Source of the DNA: an uncultured archaeon
GTDB taxonomy: Archaea; Asgardarchaeota; Jordiarchaeia; Jordiarchaeales; Jordiarchaeaceae
Reading direction: 5' to 3'
Length of the DNA stretch: 17,126 nucleotides
NCBI GenBank assembly: GCA_964510585.1
Contig: CAZECW010000008.1
Span: 1-17,126, forward strand
The first letter of the stretch is position 1. Each line of letters begins with the position of its first letter. The notes beneath the pieces are model-generated. The model was not told the DNA's origin. It worked only from the letters and a program-made list of their open reading frames with translations, and searched no databases. This document shows positions 7,459 to 17,009 of the stretch, piece by piece. Both the position numbers and the translations under genes were made by a program.

Positions 7459-7998
7459 TTATAGGAACCCCCAAACACCATAGGTTCCAGTAATAGGATC
7501 CCTAAAAAGATCTAAATGTGGGGGATAAAAGGTAAAGACCACAAAAACCACAAGTAACACAATAATCGCGGCAAGCGCCATTTTGGAGAATATTGGGGAA
7601 AGCGGAGATTTAGTTAAGAATTTGTAACTTGCAAGTTGTCCAATTATTATGGCGACGTAAAAAATCAGGATATCCATAATTAAGTTTCCATGGCCGAGGA
7701 TAAACGTATATGAATAAAATAGAACAACGATGGAAACAGGTATAGAATAGATGCAGATGGCCTTTGCCACAATAAAATTGTTAGTAGACTGTTTCAAGTA
7801 GCGGTACTCGATAAGCGAATAGAACAGAGCAGGCCAAACACCCAATTTTAAATGTTCCCACACACTTTCATTAACAGCGGCAACTAGGGCTACGGGCAAA
7901 AAACCACCAGACCAATCGAATACAAAATGCAGCAAAGAACCCAAAAAAGAAATAAATAAGACTCCCAATAATTCCCAAACCAAAACCTCATTCCTCAT
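7459..7998 (-). CDS. Multi-pass membrane protein, DUF6512-like; start ATG 7998 (ORF extends to 8022)
   Basis: About five hydrophobic segments, with the motifs GSLLHFVFDWSG and VNESVWEHLKL that I recall from this family. Confidence 0.75.
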   Translation of the reverse strand: MRNEVLVWELLGVLFISFLGSLLHFVFDWSGGFLPVALVAAVNESVWEHLKLGVWPALFYSLIEYRYLKQSTNNFIVAKAICIYSIPVSIVVLFYSYTFILGHGNLIMDILIFYVAIIIGQLASYKFLTKSPLSPIFSKMALAAIIVLLVVFVVFTFYPPHLDLFRDPITGTYGVWGFL

Positions 7999-8351
7999 AA
8001 ACCAAAACCCACACAGAACCAATTCAAATAACAGTTTAACCCTAAAACCTCTTAAGGTTAACTAAAAGATATTTTTCCAAGTGGTAAAAAACTAGAACAC
8101 TATTTTTGCTACCCTTTCCGACTTTAAATACTCCCATCCTCTAAAGGTCTCCCCCTCTTTAACAACCACCACATTTTCGGGTTGGGGATTGAGAAGCCTA
8201 ACTTGGCAATTAGCATTTTATAGCTCTTTTCTGAAGCGGAGAAATGAGGTGTAGAAACTTTTAATTTTCGAAACATAATTTTGGTTTGGTGGCGCAAGAT
8301 TTATTTCAGTAATTTTTTATGTTTTTTCTCAAAAATGGGAGGCTTGCCGGA

Positions 8352-9161
8352 ATGTGTCAATGGTGTATTCAGCATGGTGAAGGTAAGAAATGGTACCTTA
8401 ATATTAAGAATTATGCCCGGAAAATGTATAAGCCGAGGCCTACCACTCCCGAGGCGGAGGCAGACCTTGCCAGATTGATGGCGGAAACTGTAAGAAACGC
8501 AATTATGAAGAGAGGTAGTCCAGAATGGTCTCAGTACAAGTCTCAGATTGAAAAACTGTCACACTCTGTTCACTTCGGCCAAGTTGTCCCACTTGAGGAC
8601 ATGAAACTAATAATGGATATTGCTTGGCCCCTGGCCATTATGACCTGTGCCTGTAGAAGATCAGTTAGAGGTTTGGAGAATGAGAAAAACTATCTATGCA
8701 TGGGTTTGGGTGTAGGAATGTACCGGTGGGAGAAGTTTCCAGACACATATTTTGGCGGTGTAGAATTCGTGGATCAGAATGATGCGAAGAAGTGGCTTGA
8801 AGAACTGGACAAAAGAGGCTTGGTACATACTATATGGGTTTTTGGAACCCCCTACATTGGAGGGGTGTGCAACTGTGAGTACCCAGTTTGCCTAGGCATT
8901 CGTAACACTCTGGACTTCGATTTGAAATTCCTGTTCAAGAGCGAGTACGTTGCAGTTTTTGAACCGGAAAAGTGTAAGGGCTGTAAGACTTGCCTGTCGC
9001 GTTGCCAGTTTAGAGCCATAAACTGGGAGGTTTCAGAGGAAAGGCCCTATATTAACATGTATAACTGCTTTGGCTGCGGACTCTGCGTCACAGCTTGCAA
9101 GAATGGTGCGATACACCTAGAGGAAAGGACGAAATTTCCCGCTCTAAGAAACAATTGGTAA
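8352..9161 (+). CDS. Multi-Cys Fe-S protein with C-terminal 2x[4Fe-4S] ferredoxin domain
   Basis: The ATG at 8352 follows GGGAGG. It contains MCQWCIQHGEGKKWY, TCACRR, YLCMG and VCNCEYPVC, then CKGCKTCLSRCQ and CFGCGLCVTACK. Confidence 0.85.
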   Translation: MCQWCIQHGEGKKWYLNIKNYARKMYKPRPTTPEAEADLARLMAETVRNAIMKRGSPEWSQYKSQIEKLSHSVHFGQVVPLEDMKLIMDIAWPLAIMTCACRRSVRGLENEKNYLCMGLGVGMYRWEKFPDTYFGGVEFVDQNDAKKWLEELDKRGLVHTIWVFGTPYIGGVCNCEYPVCLGIRNTLDFDLKFLFKSEYVAVFEPEKCKGCKTCLSRCQFRAINWEVSEERPYINMYNCFGCGLCVTACKNGAIHLEERTKFPALRNNW

Positions 9162-9174
9162 AGGAGGCTCAAAT

Positions 9175-9414
9175 TTGAAGGTCTCTGTGGATATGAGTAA
9201 GTGTGTGGGAGCTATGAAGTGCGCCAAGTGCTTGAACATTTGCCCCGCAACTGTTTTCGCCATGTATCCCAAAGAGGTTAAAATGTTTGAACCAAGCAAG
9301 GAGTGGGAAATCATTCCGGACCTTGAACCCCTCTGCATTGGCTGCATGAAGTGTGTTAATATCTGTCCCGGTAAGGCAATCATAGTCTTGGAGAGTGAGG
9401 TGGAAGCAAAATGA
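9175..9414 (+). CDS. Ferredoxin, 2x[4Fe-4S] type
   Basis: Motifs CVGAMKCAKCLNICP and CIGCMKCVNICP. The TTG start follows GGAGG. Confidence 0.9.
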   Translation: MKVSVDMSKCVGAMKCAKCLNICPATVFAMYPKEVKMFEPSKEWEIIPDLEPLCIGCMKCVNICPGKAIIVLESEVEAK

Positions 9415-9956
9415 GTTACGATTACTACATTGCAGATGAGGCGTTGAAAACACTAAACGAGGAGTTCTCCCTAGAAAAAGCCATCAAGGAATTCGCCTCG
9501 AAAGCAAAGGAGAGTGGAGAAGACTCGCTTAAGCTGGGAGAACATTTCTTCGGAGATTATGGGGAGAAAGCTATAAGGAGAGCCATAGAACTAGGAGACA
9601 AATACATGGATCGCCAGGGAGAAATACTAAAACAGGTCGCGGAAAAAACAGGACACATATTTCCCCACGTCCCCCAGCGCTATTTGGAAATAATGCTTAT
9701 GGGAACCAGGCCCACAGCCAAATTCTACGTTTACGGAAACAACACCCAAGTAATAGATTTTACACTGCCAAAATGTCCCGGACACGAATTGCTTAAACAA
9801 AATCTGGATCAGAAAATAGCAGATGCCCTGCCTTGCCAACATGCCTGCCTCTCAGCACTTAACACTCTCTACAAAGAGCTTAAACTATCCGTAGAAGTAA
9901 GAATTATCGAGAAAATGCCAGAAAAACCATGCCACTTCACATGTTTAAAGAAATAG
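9411..9956 (+). CDS. Hypothetical protein, possibly V4R/ATC-hydrolase-like fold with Cys/His ligands
   Basis: ATGA overlap with the ferredoxin stop. A helical N-terminal half is followed by KCPGH, PCQHAC and PCHFTC. Confidence 0.6.
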   Translation: MSYDYYIADEALKTLNEEFSLEKAIKEFASKAKESGEDSLKLGEHFFGDYGEKAIRRAIELGDKYMDRQGEILKQVAEKTGHIFPHVPQRYLEIMLMGTRPTAKFYVYGNNTQVIDFTLPKCPGHELLKQNLDQKIADALPCQHACLSALNTLYKELKLSVEVRIIEKMPEKPCHFTCLKK

Positions 9957-10098
9957 TAAAAAGTACTCTGGGATAGACTCCGCGAAGAAACTACGTAGGA
10001 TAGCTCTTGGAGCTAGTCATATTGAGGGTAAGCTCATTAAAGAAGATTTATTAAAGTGAATAATGAATTTTCATAGAAACTTGTTTGTGGTGGGTTTT

Positions 10099-10602
10099 AT
10101 GGATGTACTAAAAGCTATCGAAGAGAGAAGAAGCATAAGGGAGTATACGGGAAAAGTTCCCAGCGAAGAGACCATACGCTCAATAATTGAGGCGGGGAGG
10201 CTTGCTCCCTCAGCGGGAAATAGGCAACCTTGCAGGTTTGTGGTTGTTTGGGATAGGGATAAAATTTTGAAGATCGCCAAGGCTTCAATGAAATTCCTCA
10301 ATAAAGCTGGAGTAGTGATAGTGGCCACTGCGGATCCCAAACTTGATCCCAAATGGTATCCTGTGGACACAGGAATAGCTGTGGAACATATGGTTCTCGC
10401 AGCCCAGTCTCTGGGACTTGGAACATGTTGGGTGGGTGCCTTCGACGAGGAGGAAATTAAAAGAATACTGGAAATACCCAAGGAGGTAACAGTAGTGGCC
10501 ATGTTGGGAGTCGGGTACCCGAAACAGGTACCAAGCCCCACCTCAAGAAAAAAGCTAGAGGAAATTTTCTTTAGGGATCGCTGGAAACATCCCTACTCTT
10601 AG
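10099..10602 (+). CDS. Nitroreductase-family flavoprotein; likely start ATG 10099
   Basis: Motifs AIEERRSIREY, RLAPSAGNRQP, DTGIAVEHMVLAAQSLGLGTCWVGAF and LGVGYP. Confidence 0.93.
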   Translation: MDVLKAIEERRSIREYTGKVPSEETIRSIIEAGRLAPSAGNRQPCRFVVVWDRDKILKIAKASMKFLNKAGVVIVATADPKLDPKWYPVDTGIAVEHMVLAAQSLGLGTCWVGAFDEEEIKRILEIPKEVTVVAMLGVGYPKQVPSPTSRKKLEEIFFRDRWKHPYS

Positions 10603-10831
10603 AACGGACGAGCGTAATACTCCTCTTCATAATTTTTATTTCGTAATGTATGATTGTGTTTTCGAATAGGAATTTGGAAAGTGCACTCGTCATTTTTTTT
10701 CAGAGTTTCTATTTTTGACTTTATTTTTATGGTTGGTTAAATATGGATTCTCCTTAGGTGTCTTGAGCTTTATTTATATGGTTCCTAATCACCATATGGG
10801 GAAAAAAGGGAGTAAAATAGGTGGTTGTGGT

Positions 10832-11623
10832 TTACATTTCTTTTCTGGTTCTTTGTATCATTTGTTCAACTTTTTCCCTGGTGATAGTTAATTCAGAGAA
10901 CATTTTGATTATTTCTTGTTCGACTTTTAGGTTTGATGAAATATTTGAGGCTAACGCCCTGTTTATGGTCATCTTGCCTAAGTATAGGAGGAAGGGATTC
11001 TTGCTAGCCAGTTTCTTGGCAAAGTCCATAACCACATCCATGAGTTTATCATTTGGTACTACGTCTAGAACGAATCCTATTTCTTTAGCGTATTTGGCGT
11101 CGAATCTCTCACCGAGCAGAATTGTTTTCTTCGCTATTTGTGGCCCCAATATTCGGGGCATAAAAGTCATGCCAGAAGCCACTGGAAGTAGGCCCACATC
11201 AATTTCTATGGGACCCATAATTGCATCTTCAGTGCAGAATCGGAAATCGCAGGAGGCAGCAAACTCGTATCCTCCTCCCAGAGCGTACTTGTGTATTGCA
11301 GCTATTACGGGAGGCCTCAGAGTTTTCAGTAGGAAATTGATTTGTTGAACCTTACATATAGTGTCGTAAACTGCTTGGGGGCCGAAATCAATACTCTTTG
11401 AAAACTGTTTTACATCTGCTCCGGCGCAGAAGGCTCTACCTGCCCCTCGGAGAATGACGACGCGTACATCCCAATCATTATCAATCTCGATCAGAGTGTC
11501 GTAGAAGAGGTCTGCCAGCTCCCTATTTATGGCGTTTAAGGATTCTGGCCTATTTAGAGTGATGGTTGCAATTCCATCCTTCTTTTCCCAAAACACTACT
11601 TTATCCATAAGCACTCCATCCAT
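10832..11623 (-). CDS. Enoyl-CoA hydratase/isomerase (crotonase family)
   Basis: Motifs ITLNRPESLNA, AFCAGAD, PVIAAIHKYALGGGYEFAASCDFR and IEIDVGLLP. Both catalytic Glu positions appear to be present. Confidence 0.92.
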   Translation of the reverse strand: MDGVLMDKVVFWEKKDGIATITLNRPESLNAINRELADLFYDTLIEIDNDWDVRVVILRGAGRAFCAGADVKQFSKSIDFGPQAVYDTICKVQQINFLLKTLRPPVIAAIHKYALGGGYEFAASCDFRFCTEDAIMGPIEIDVGLLPVASGMTFMPRILGPQIAKKTILLGERFDAKYAKEIGFVLDVVPNDKLMDVVMDFAKKLASKNPFLLYLGKMTINRALASNISSNLKVEQEIIKMFSELTITREKVEQMIQRTRKEM

Positions 11624-12026
11624 TTAACCTGTTTACCTTTTTGGCACATTTAAGCCCTTACTATATTTTTTTCATAAGTGTGAGGCAGTACATTAAACTT
11701 GGTTAAGTTCAAGCGTGCACCAAACTATAACTTTTCATCGCGTCTCCTTTTTAAGAGTATTTCTGTATCTCTGCCCTTGTTCCGGTGCTTTATTTTGTAA
11801 TAGTTAAAATTATTTTTGACTTTTCCACACTAATTTTTTGGATTTATGGGAAAAAAGGATTGAAGATAGCAGATTTTTGAATAATAGTCAAAATTTTTAC
11901 TTTATTTTTGAAAAAGAGTTAAAAATTGATTAATGCCTAAAAAGTATAGGGATGCGGATTTGAAATAGGTCTTCAGTAAATATTTATTAGGGTCGGTTTA
12001 AACCTTAATTTAAAAGGGAGATTGCA

Positions 12027-15000
12027 ATGGAGAACGGTAAATCTCTGGAGGAAAATTTTCAGAAGCCCCTCAGGGACTTCGGCCCAGCCCCATTCTGGTT
12101 TTTAAACAATGATCTTCCAGATGAAGAGATAGACTGGTTTCTCCAAGAATTAAGTGACAAACACAACTCTGGGGTTTTCTTACATCCCAGAACCGGAATG
12201 GAGGTTGAATATTTAACCCCCAAATTTTGGGAAAAAATTGTTTATTGTGTGGAGGCCTGTAGAAAGTATGGTCTTAGAGCTTGGCTCTATGATGAGTATA
12301 ATTGGCCCAGCGGAGTCTTGGGTGGAAAACTTTTAAGGGAACACCCAGAGTACACTCAAGTTTATCTGGATTATAAAAGAGGGAGATTTGAGAGGGGAAA
12401 ACTCATCAGGATGCCCGTAGAAGGCAAAGTTGTGAACGCCATTGCGGTAAATGATTCGGGAACCAAGGTTCTTTATCTTAAGGACAAGATTTCGAATTCT
12501 GTCTTGGAGTTCCAGCCCGAGTATGGTGATTGGAACGTAGCTGTGTTCACTGAGAAAACAAACAGTGACACGTTCTTTTGCACAACCTGCGCCCCTTGGA
12601 CTGGGAACGAGAAGGGCTACCTTGACCTTTTAAGCAAGGAAGCTGCAAAATTTTTTATTGACCACACCCACGAGGAGTACAAAAAGTTATTCCGAAAAGA
12701 TTTCGGCGGTTTAATACCCGGCATATTCACTGATGAACCAGCAAATTATAGGGGACTGCCCTGGACCAAGAATTTCTTGGAGGAGTTTAAGAAGAGGAAG
12801 AATTATGATTTGGAGCAAAAAATGCACGAATTAGCCTTCAATGTGGGAACATACGTTAAGACACGTTGCGACTACTTCTCTGTTGTGTCCGAACTCTTCT
12901 CTGAGGCCTTTTACGGCCAGATTGGAAGATGGTGTAGGGAGAACAACCTGATTTTCACGGGACACCTATTCATGGAGGAAGCTCTGGAAACCGTTCCCTG
13001 CTATCACGGTAACATCTACTCTGCTCTTAAAGAAATGGATATGCCGGGAATAGATTGGCTAGGGGTTAAAACCGGTTATGATGAAATCCCCCTAGTAGGC
13101 GCTCCAGATTTGGCTCCCAAGATTGCCAGCAGCATTGCTCACGCTAAAGGCAAAAGATTTGTCTTATGCGAATATGGTGGGGGTAGCGGCTGGAACACCA
13201 CCCTAATGTCCTTAAAAAATCTGGTGAATTATCTGCAGGCTACCGGTATTAATTTTATGAATACTCATGCGGCGCACCTTTCGCTTAAGGGACTACGTAA
13301 GAGGGACTTTCCCCCCTCACACTTCGTTCAGCAGCCCTGGTGGAAGTACTACGCATCTTTTGCGGATTACATTTCGAGATTATGCCATATAAATAGTTCA
13401 GGTACGCATGTCGCCGACATATTGCTGCTTTATCCTCTCAGATCTTTATGGGCGGAGTACACTCTTAGAGGGAAAAGCGAGGTTTTTGAAAAAATTGTGA
13501 AGTTGTTTGGAATGATTAGTAACGCTCTTCTGAGAATCCAGAGAGACTATGATATTCTCTTTGAGGATGAGGCGCTTGAAAATTTAGTAGTTCTGGAGGG
13601 TAATTGTCTAAAAGTTGCAGATGAAAAATTCCGGGTCCTCATACTTCCTCCGATGACTACTATGCCTACTTGGATTGTTAAACTGGTGAGGGAATTCTTT
13701 GAGAATGGGGGAATTGTGCTTAGCCTAGGATTCCTTCCCACAAATTCTGAGGAGCGGCAAAACGACTCAATCATTGACTCTAATATTAGGAACATTTTTT
13801 CAGAGGCAGCCTATCAGAAAAAGAAAACCATTAATAAAAATGATAAGGGAGGGCAAGCAATTTTCATACCGCTTCCTGAAGAAGTGAGTAGGGAAGAGTT
13901 GGAAAAAATTCTTCAGGAAACGCTGGACAGCCTTCTAGATAGCGACCTTAAGATAATTTCCCCTGAGAGGCGAAACCTAATATATTTACATAGAAGGATA
14001 AAAACTGATGAGTTCTATTTTATAGCTAACTTGTCAGATAAAACCATTGAGGGGGAAATCATATTAAACGCCGTGGGAAGGCTTGAGAAGTGGAACCCAG
14101 AAAATGGAGAAATAACTCCGGTATACACTTATCGTAGAGAAGAGGGAAAAACCATAATCCCATATGTGTTTGAAGCCTATGAGGGAGTATACTTCGTTGT
14201 GAAAAAGGGGAAAGAACAGAAACATGTAACATCTTCCAATGTTATAATTACTGGAATTTATGAAACCGCCCAAAGAATCACGGGACACTCCAGAACAGCC
14301 GAGCCCAAAATAGTTTTTGAGGGAAGAAAACTTACGGCGGAAACGCAGAAGATTATAGAGCCAGTAACCATCTCTAAGTGGAGCGTGGAAATTCCCATCA
14401 ACTATTATGTTTTAGAGCCGTGGAGAATAGAAATAGGAAAAGCTTCGGAAACCAAGGATAAAAAGGAGAAGGAATCTAAACAGTTAAACATTTCCAGATA
14501 CAGACCCATTGATGAACTCTTTGCAGGAATCCCCTCAGTATGCAAAAGCCTAGGAATCGATATGAAAGAGTATGGCTTCTATGAGATTCTAGATATTCTG
14601 GACTCAAAAATGAAGGAGGCAGGAATCGAGATTGCACCCCAACCCGTACCCCTTGGAGCCGAGTATGAAATAACCGCGGAGTTTGAGGCAAAACATATTC
14701 CAGAACAAATTCTTCTAGTGTACGAAGACCTCGGAGAACCATTAGAAATTTATGTCAACAAGACGAGGGTTGAAGAACCCGCCCAAAAGTTTTTCCTGTG
14801 GGACCGAAGCAACCGCGCCCTAGACATTAAGAATTACTTGAAAAAGGGCGGAAACCAAATCACCATTAGAACCAAGTACCCAGACTTCAAGGACAAGGTT
14901 CCTAGCACCCACGGCATAGAGCCAGTAGTGCTTGTGGGAAAATTTGCTGTTAAGGAGAAAAAAATTGAGGAACCAAAATTCAAAGACCTTGAAAAGGGTG

Positions 15001-15326
15001 AACCGGATAGAGGATTCCCCTACTACATTGGAGACATTACACTGAGACAAAAATTTAACCTTGGAGAAGAATACTTGGACAAGAAACTAATTTTGGATTG
15101 CTCCGGCTTCAAAAACGCTATTGAGATTAAAGTAAACGGAAAAGTAGCTGGTACCAGACTTTGGGCACCATACAGATTAGAGATAACGGAACTGGTACAA
15201 AAGGGAGAAAATACTCTGGAAATAATCATCTCAAACACTGCTGAGAACCTCCTTGGTACACCCATACCACTCGTGGAGAAACAAGCAAGCATAATACCAT
15301 ACAACAAACACCTATTCAACTACTAA
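12027..15326 (+). CDS. Large glycoside hydrolase, GH106 (alpha-L-rhamnosidase)-like, with C-terminal beta-sandwich domain
   Basis: Motifs PAPFWFLN, LHPRTG, WLYDEYNWPSG, IFTDEP, MPGIDWL, KIASSIAH...VLCEYGG and QQPWWKYY. The C-terminal IEIKVNGKVAG..LWAPYRLEI..GEN.LEI resembles GH2/GH106 sugar-binding domains. Confidence 0.75.
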   Translation: MENGKSLEENFQKPLRDFGPAPFWFLNNDLPDEEIDWFLQELSDKHNSGVFLHPRTGMEVEYLTPKFWEKIVYCVEACRKYGLRAWLYDEYNWPSGVLGGKLLREHPEYTQVYLDYKRGRFERGKLIRMPVEGKVVNAIAVNDSGTKVLYLKDKISNSVLEFQPEYGDWNVAVFTEKTNSDTFFCTTCAPWTGNEKGYLDLLSKEAAKFFIDHTHEEYKKLFRKDFGGLIPGIFTDEPANYRGLPWTKNFLEEFKKRKNYDLEQKMHELAFNVGTYVKTRCDYFSVVSELFSEAFYGQIGRWCRENNLIFTGHLFMEEALETVPCYHGNIYSALKEMDMPGIDWLGVKTGYDEIPLVGAPDLAPKIASSIAHAKGKRFVLCEYGGGSGWNTTLMSLKNLVNYLQATGINFMNTHAAHLSLKGLRKRDFPPSHFVQQPWWKYYASFADYISRLCHINSSGTHVADILLLYPLRSLWAEYTLRGKSEVFEKIVKLFGMISNALLRIQRDYDILFEDEALENLVVLEGNCLKVADEKFRVLILPPMTTMPTWIVKLVREFFENGGIVLSLGFLPTNSEERQNDSIIDSNIRNIFSEAAYQKKKTINKNDKGGQAIFIPLPEEVSREELEKILQETLDSLLDSDLKIISPERRNLIYLHRRIKTDEFYFIANLSDKTIEGEIILNAVGRLEKWNPENGEITPVYTYRREEGKTIIPYVFEAYEGVYFVVKKGKEQKHVTSSNVIITGIYETAQRITGHSRTAEPKIVFEGRKLTAETQKIIEPVTISKWSVEIPINYYVLEPWRIEIGKASETKDKKEKESKQLNISRYRPIDELFAGIPSVCKSLGIDMKEYGFYEILDILDSKMKEAGIEIAPQPVPLGAEYEITAEFEAKHIPEQILLVYEDLGEPLEIYVNKTRVEEPAQKFFLWDRSNRALDIKNYLKKGGNQITIRTKYPDFKDKVPSTHGIEPVVLVGKFAVKEKKIEEPKFKDLEKGEPDRGFPYYIGDITLRQKFNLGEEYLDKKLILDCSGFKNAIEIKVNGKVAGTRLWAPYRLEITELVQKGENTLEIIISNTAENLLGTPIPLVEKQASIIPYNKHLFNY

Positions 15327-15402
15327 ACACCTTCCCCCAGAAAATTTTTTAATAATTCCAAATGTTCTAAGAAGCAATTCATCTACTAGAGGTTGGCATT
15401 GA

Positions 15403-16377
15403 ATGAAGGTTGTTTGTTTGTGGAAATATTTTGGTGGGGACATAGAAGAATTCGTTAAGAAGAATCTGCCACCGGACACTGAACTAGTTTTCCCAGAGAC
15501 CGAGGAGGAAATACTTAGAGAAATCGAGGATGCGGACGTACTGCTTTCTCACTGGGCTCCAGCAAAGATTATTGAAAAGGCAAAAAGGCTCAAACTTATC
15601 CAGACGGCGGCTGCGGGTGGAGACAGCATAGATTTTTTAGCCGCAGCCAGAAAGGGAATAATAGCCGCCACCGCCTCTGGTTGTAACGCATCAGCCACGG
15701 CGGAACATGCCATTCTACTCATGTTAGCAGTGGTTCGAAGGCTACCCCAAGAAATCAATAGGCTGCTACAAGGCAAATGGAAAAGGTGGGAGGACAAATA
15801 CGAGGGATACGAACTCCTGAATAAAACCTTGGGAATTATAGGATTGGGCAAAATAGGAGTGGAATTAGCTAAAAGAGCCAAAGCCTTCGGAATGAGAATA
15901 CTCGCTATAAAGAAACACCCTCAATCCCTTGAGGGGGAGGAAAAGGAATTGGGACTTGATTTTTTGGGAGGTTTAGATAGCCTAGACTATGTTTTGGAGA
16001 ATTCTGATTTTGTTGTACTCTGTGTACCTTTGACTGAGGAGACCAAAGAAATGATTGGGGAAAGAGAAATTCAATTGATGAAAAAAACCGCCTATCTAAT
16101 CAATGTCTCCCGAGGCAAGGCTGTGGATGAGAAAGCCCTCGTTGAAGCCCTGAAAAATGGTAGAATAGCCGGAGCGGGACTTGACGTATTCTACGATTAC
16201 ATTCCCAGCCCCGACAATCCCCTTTTCAAACTTGACAATGTAGTCTTAACGCCCCACATGGGAGGATGGACTAAGGAGAGTAGAGAGCGATGCTTAAGAT
16301 TCGCCCTGGAAAACGTTTGGAGATTATACAGGGGAGAAACAGTCAAAAACCAACTGAGAGCAGAATTAGGATACTAG
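15403..16377 (+). CDS. D-isomer-specific 2-hydroxyacid dehydrogenase
   Basis: Motifs TAEHAILLML, LGIIGLGKIG, LCVPLTEET, LINVSRG, AGLDV and LTPHMGG. Confidence 0.92.
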   Translation: MKVVCLWKYFGGDIEEFVKKNLPPDTELVFPETEEEILREIEDADVLLSHWAPAKIIEKAKRLKLIQTAAAGGDSIDFLAAARKGIIAATASGCNASATAEHAILLMLAVVRRLPQEINRLLQGKWKRWEDKYEGYELLNKTLGIIGLGKIGVELAKRAKAFGMRILAIKKHPQSLEGEEKELGLDFLGGLDSLDYVLENSDFVVLCVPLTEETKEMIGEREIQLMKKTAYLINVSRGKAVDEKALVEALKNGRIAGAGLDVFYDYIPSPDNPLFKLDNVVLTPHMGGWTKESRERCLRFALENVWRLYRGETVKNQLRAELGY

Positions 16378-16421
16378 CTTTAAGCAAAAAATAAAAAAAT
16401 ACTTGGATTGGAGGGAAAAGA

Positions 16422-17009
16422 ATGAAACTTTTGGAAAATAAAATCGCCATAATAACTGGTGCTGGTAGAGGACTGGGGAGAGCACACGCTCTTTACTTTG
16501 CCGAGCAGGGAGCAAAAGTTATTGTAAATGACATCAAAGAGATAGAGGGTGAACATCTTGCAGACAGAGTAGTCAGGGAAATTGTTTCAAGGGGAGGAGA
16601 GGCTCAGAGCAATTATGAGGATGTGTCCAGTTTTAATGGAGCTCAAAGAATAATTGAACAAGCCATTGAAGCATTTGGAGGTTTAGATATTCTGGTTAAC
16701 AATGCGGGAATTCTTAGGGATAAAATGATATTTAATATGACGGAAAAGGAGTTTGATGAGGTAATAAACGTACACCTCAAGGGAACCTTCAACTGTACCA
16801 GACACGCCTGTGCATATTGGCGAGAACGTTTTAAGAAGGGCGATCAGAGAGGCGGTTCTATAGTTAACACCACTTCAGAGGCGGGAATGCAGGGAAACGT
16901 GGGCCAATCTAACTATGCTCCGGCGAAATCTGGAATAGCCACAATGACCATAGTTGTTGCCAGAGAAATGAGAAAGTATAACGTAAACTTTGACACTCTC
17001 CGCGACTAA
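16422..17009 (+). pseudogene. SDR oxidoreductase (3-oxoacyl-reductase / MFE-2 dehydrogenase-like) truncated by the IS; host sequence ends at 16989
   Basis: Motifs TGAGRGLG, LVNNAGILRD, VHLKG and NYAPAK. The expected NAIAP-type strand is replaced by IS-derived FDTLRD-stop. Confidence 0.85.

Noticed and set aside
9949-10059. Protein-like frame SGIDSAKKLRRIALGASHIEGKLIKEDLLK
   Set aside because: It has no in-frame start and would need a frameshift from ATG 9941. It is too short and I recognise no family.
10071-11348. Long antisense ORFs 10071-10541 (-) and 10821-11348 (+)
   Set aside because: They are shadows of the nitroreductase and crotonase genes.
11698-11727. AAGGAG followed by a 9-codon ORF (MKSYSLVHA) on the minus strand upstream of the crotonase
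   Set aside because: It is too short to distinguish from chance, with no attenuator-like structure seen.
13547-15881. Minus-strand ORFs inside the glycosidase and dehydrogenase genes
   Set aside because: They are antisense shadows without recognisable motifs.
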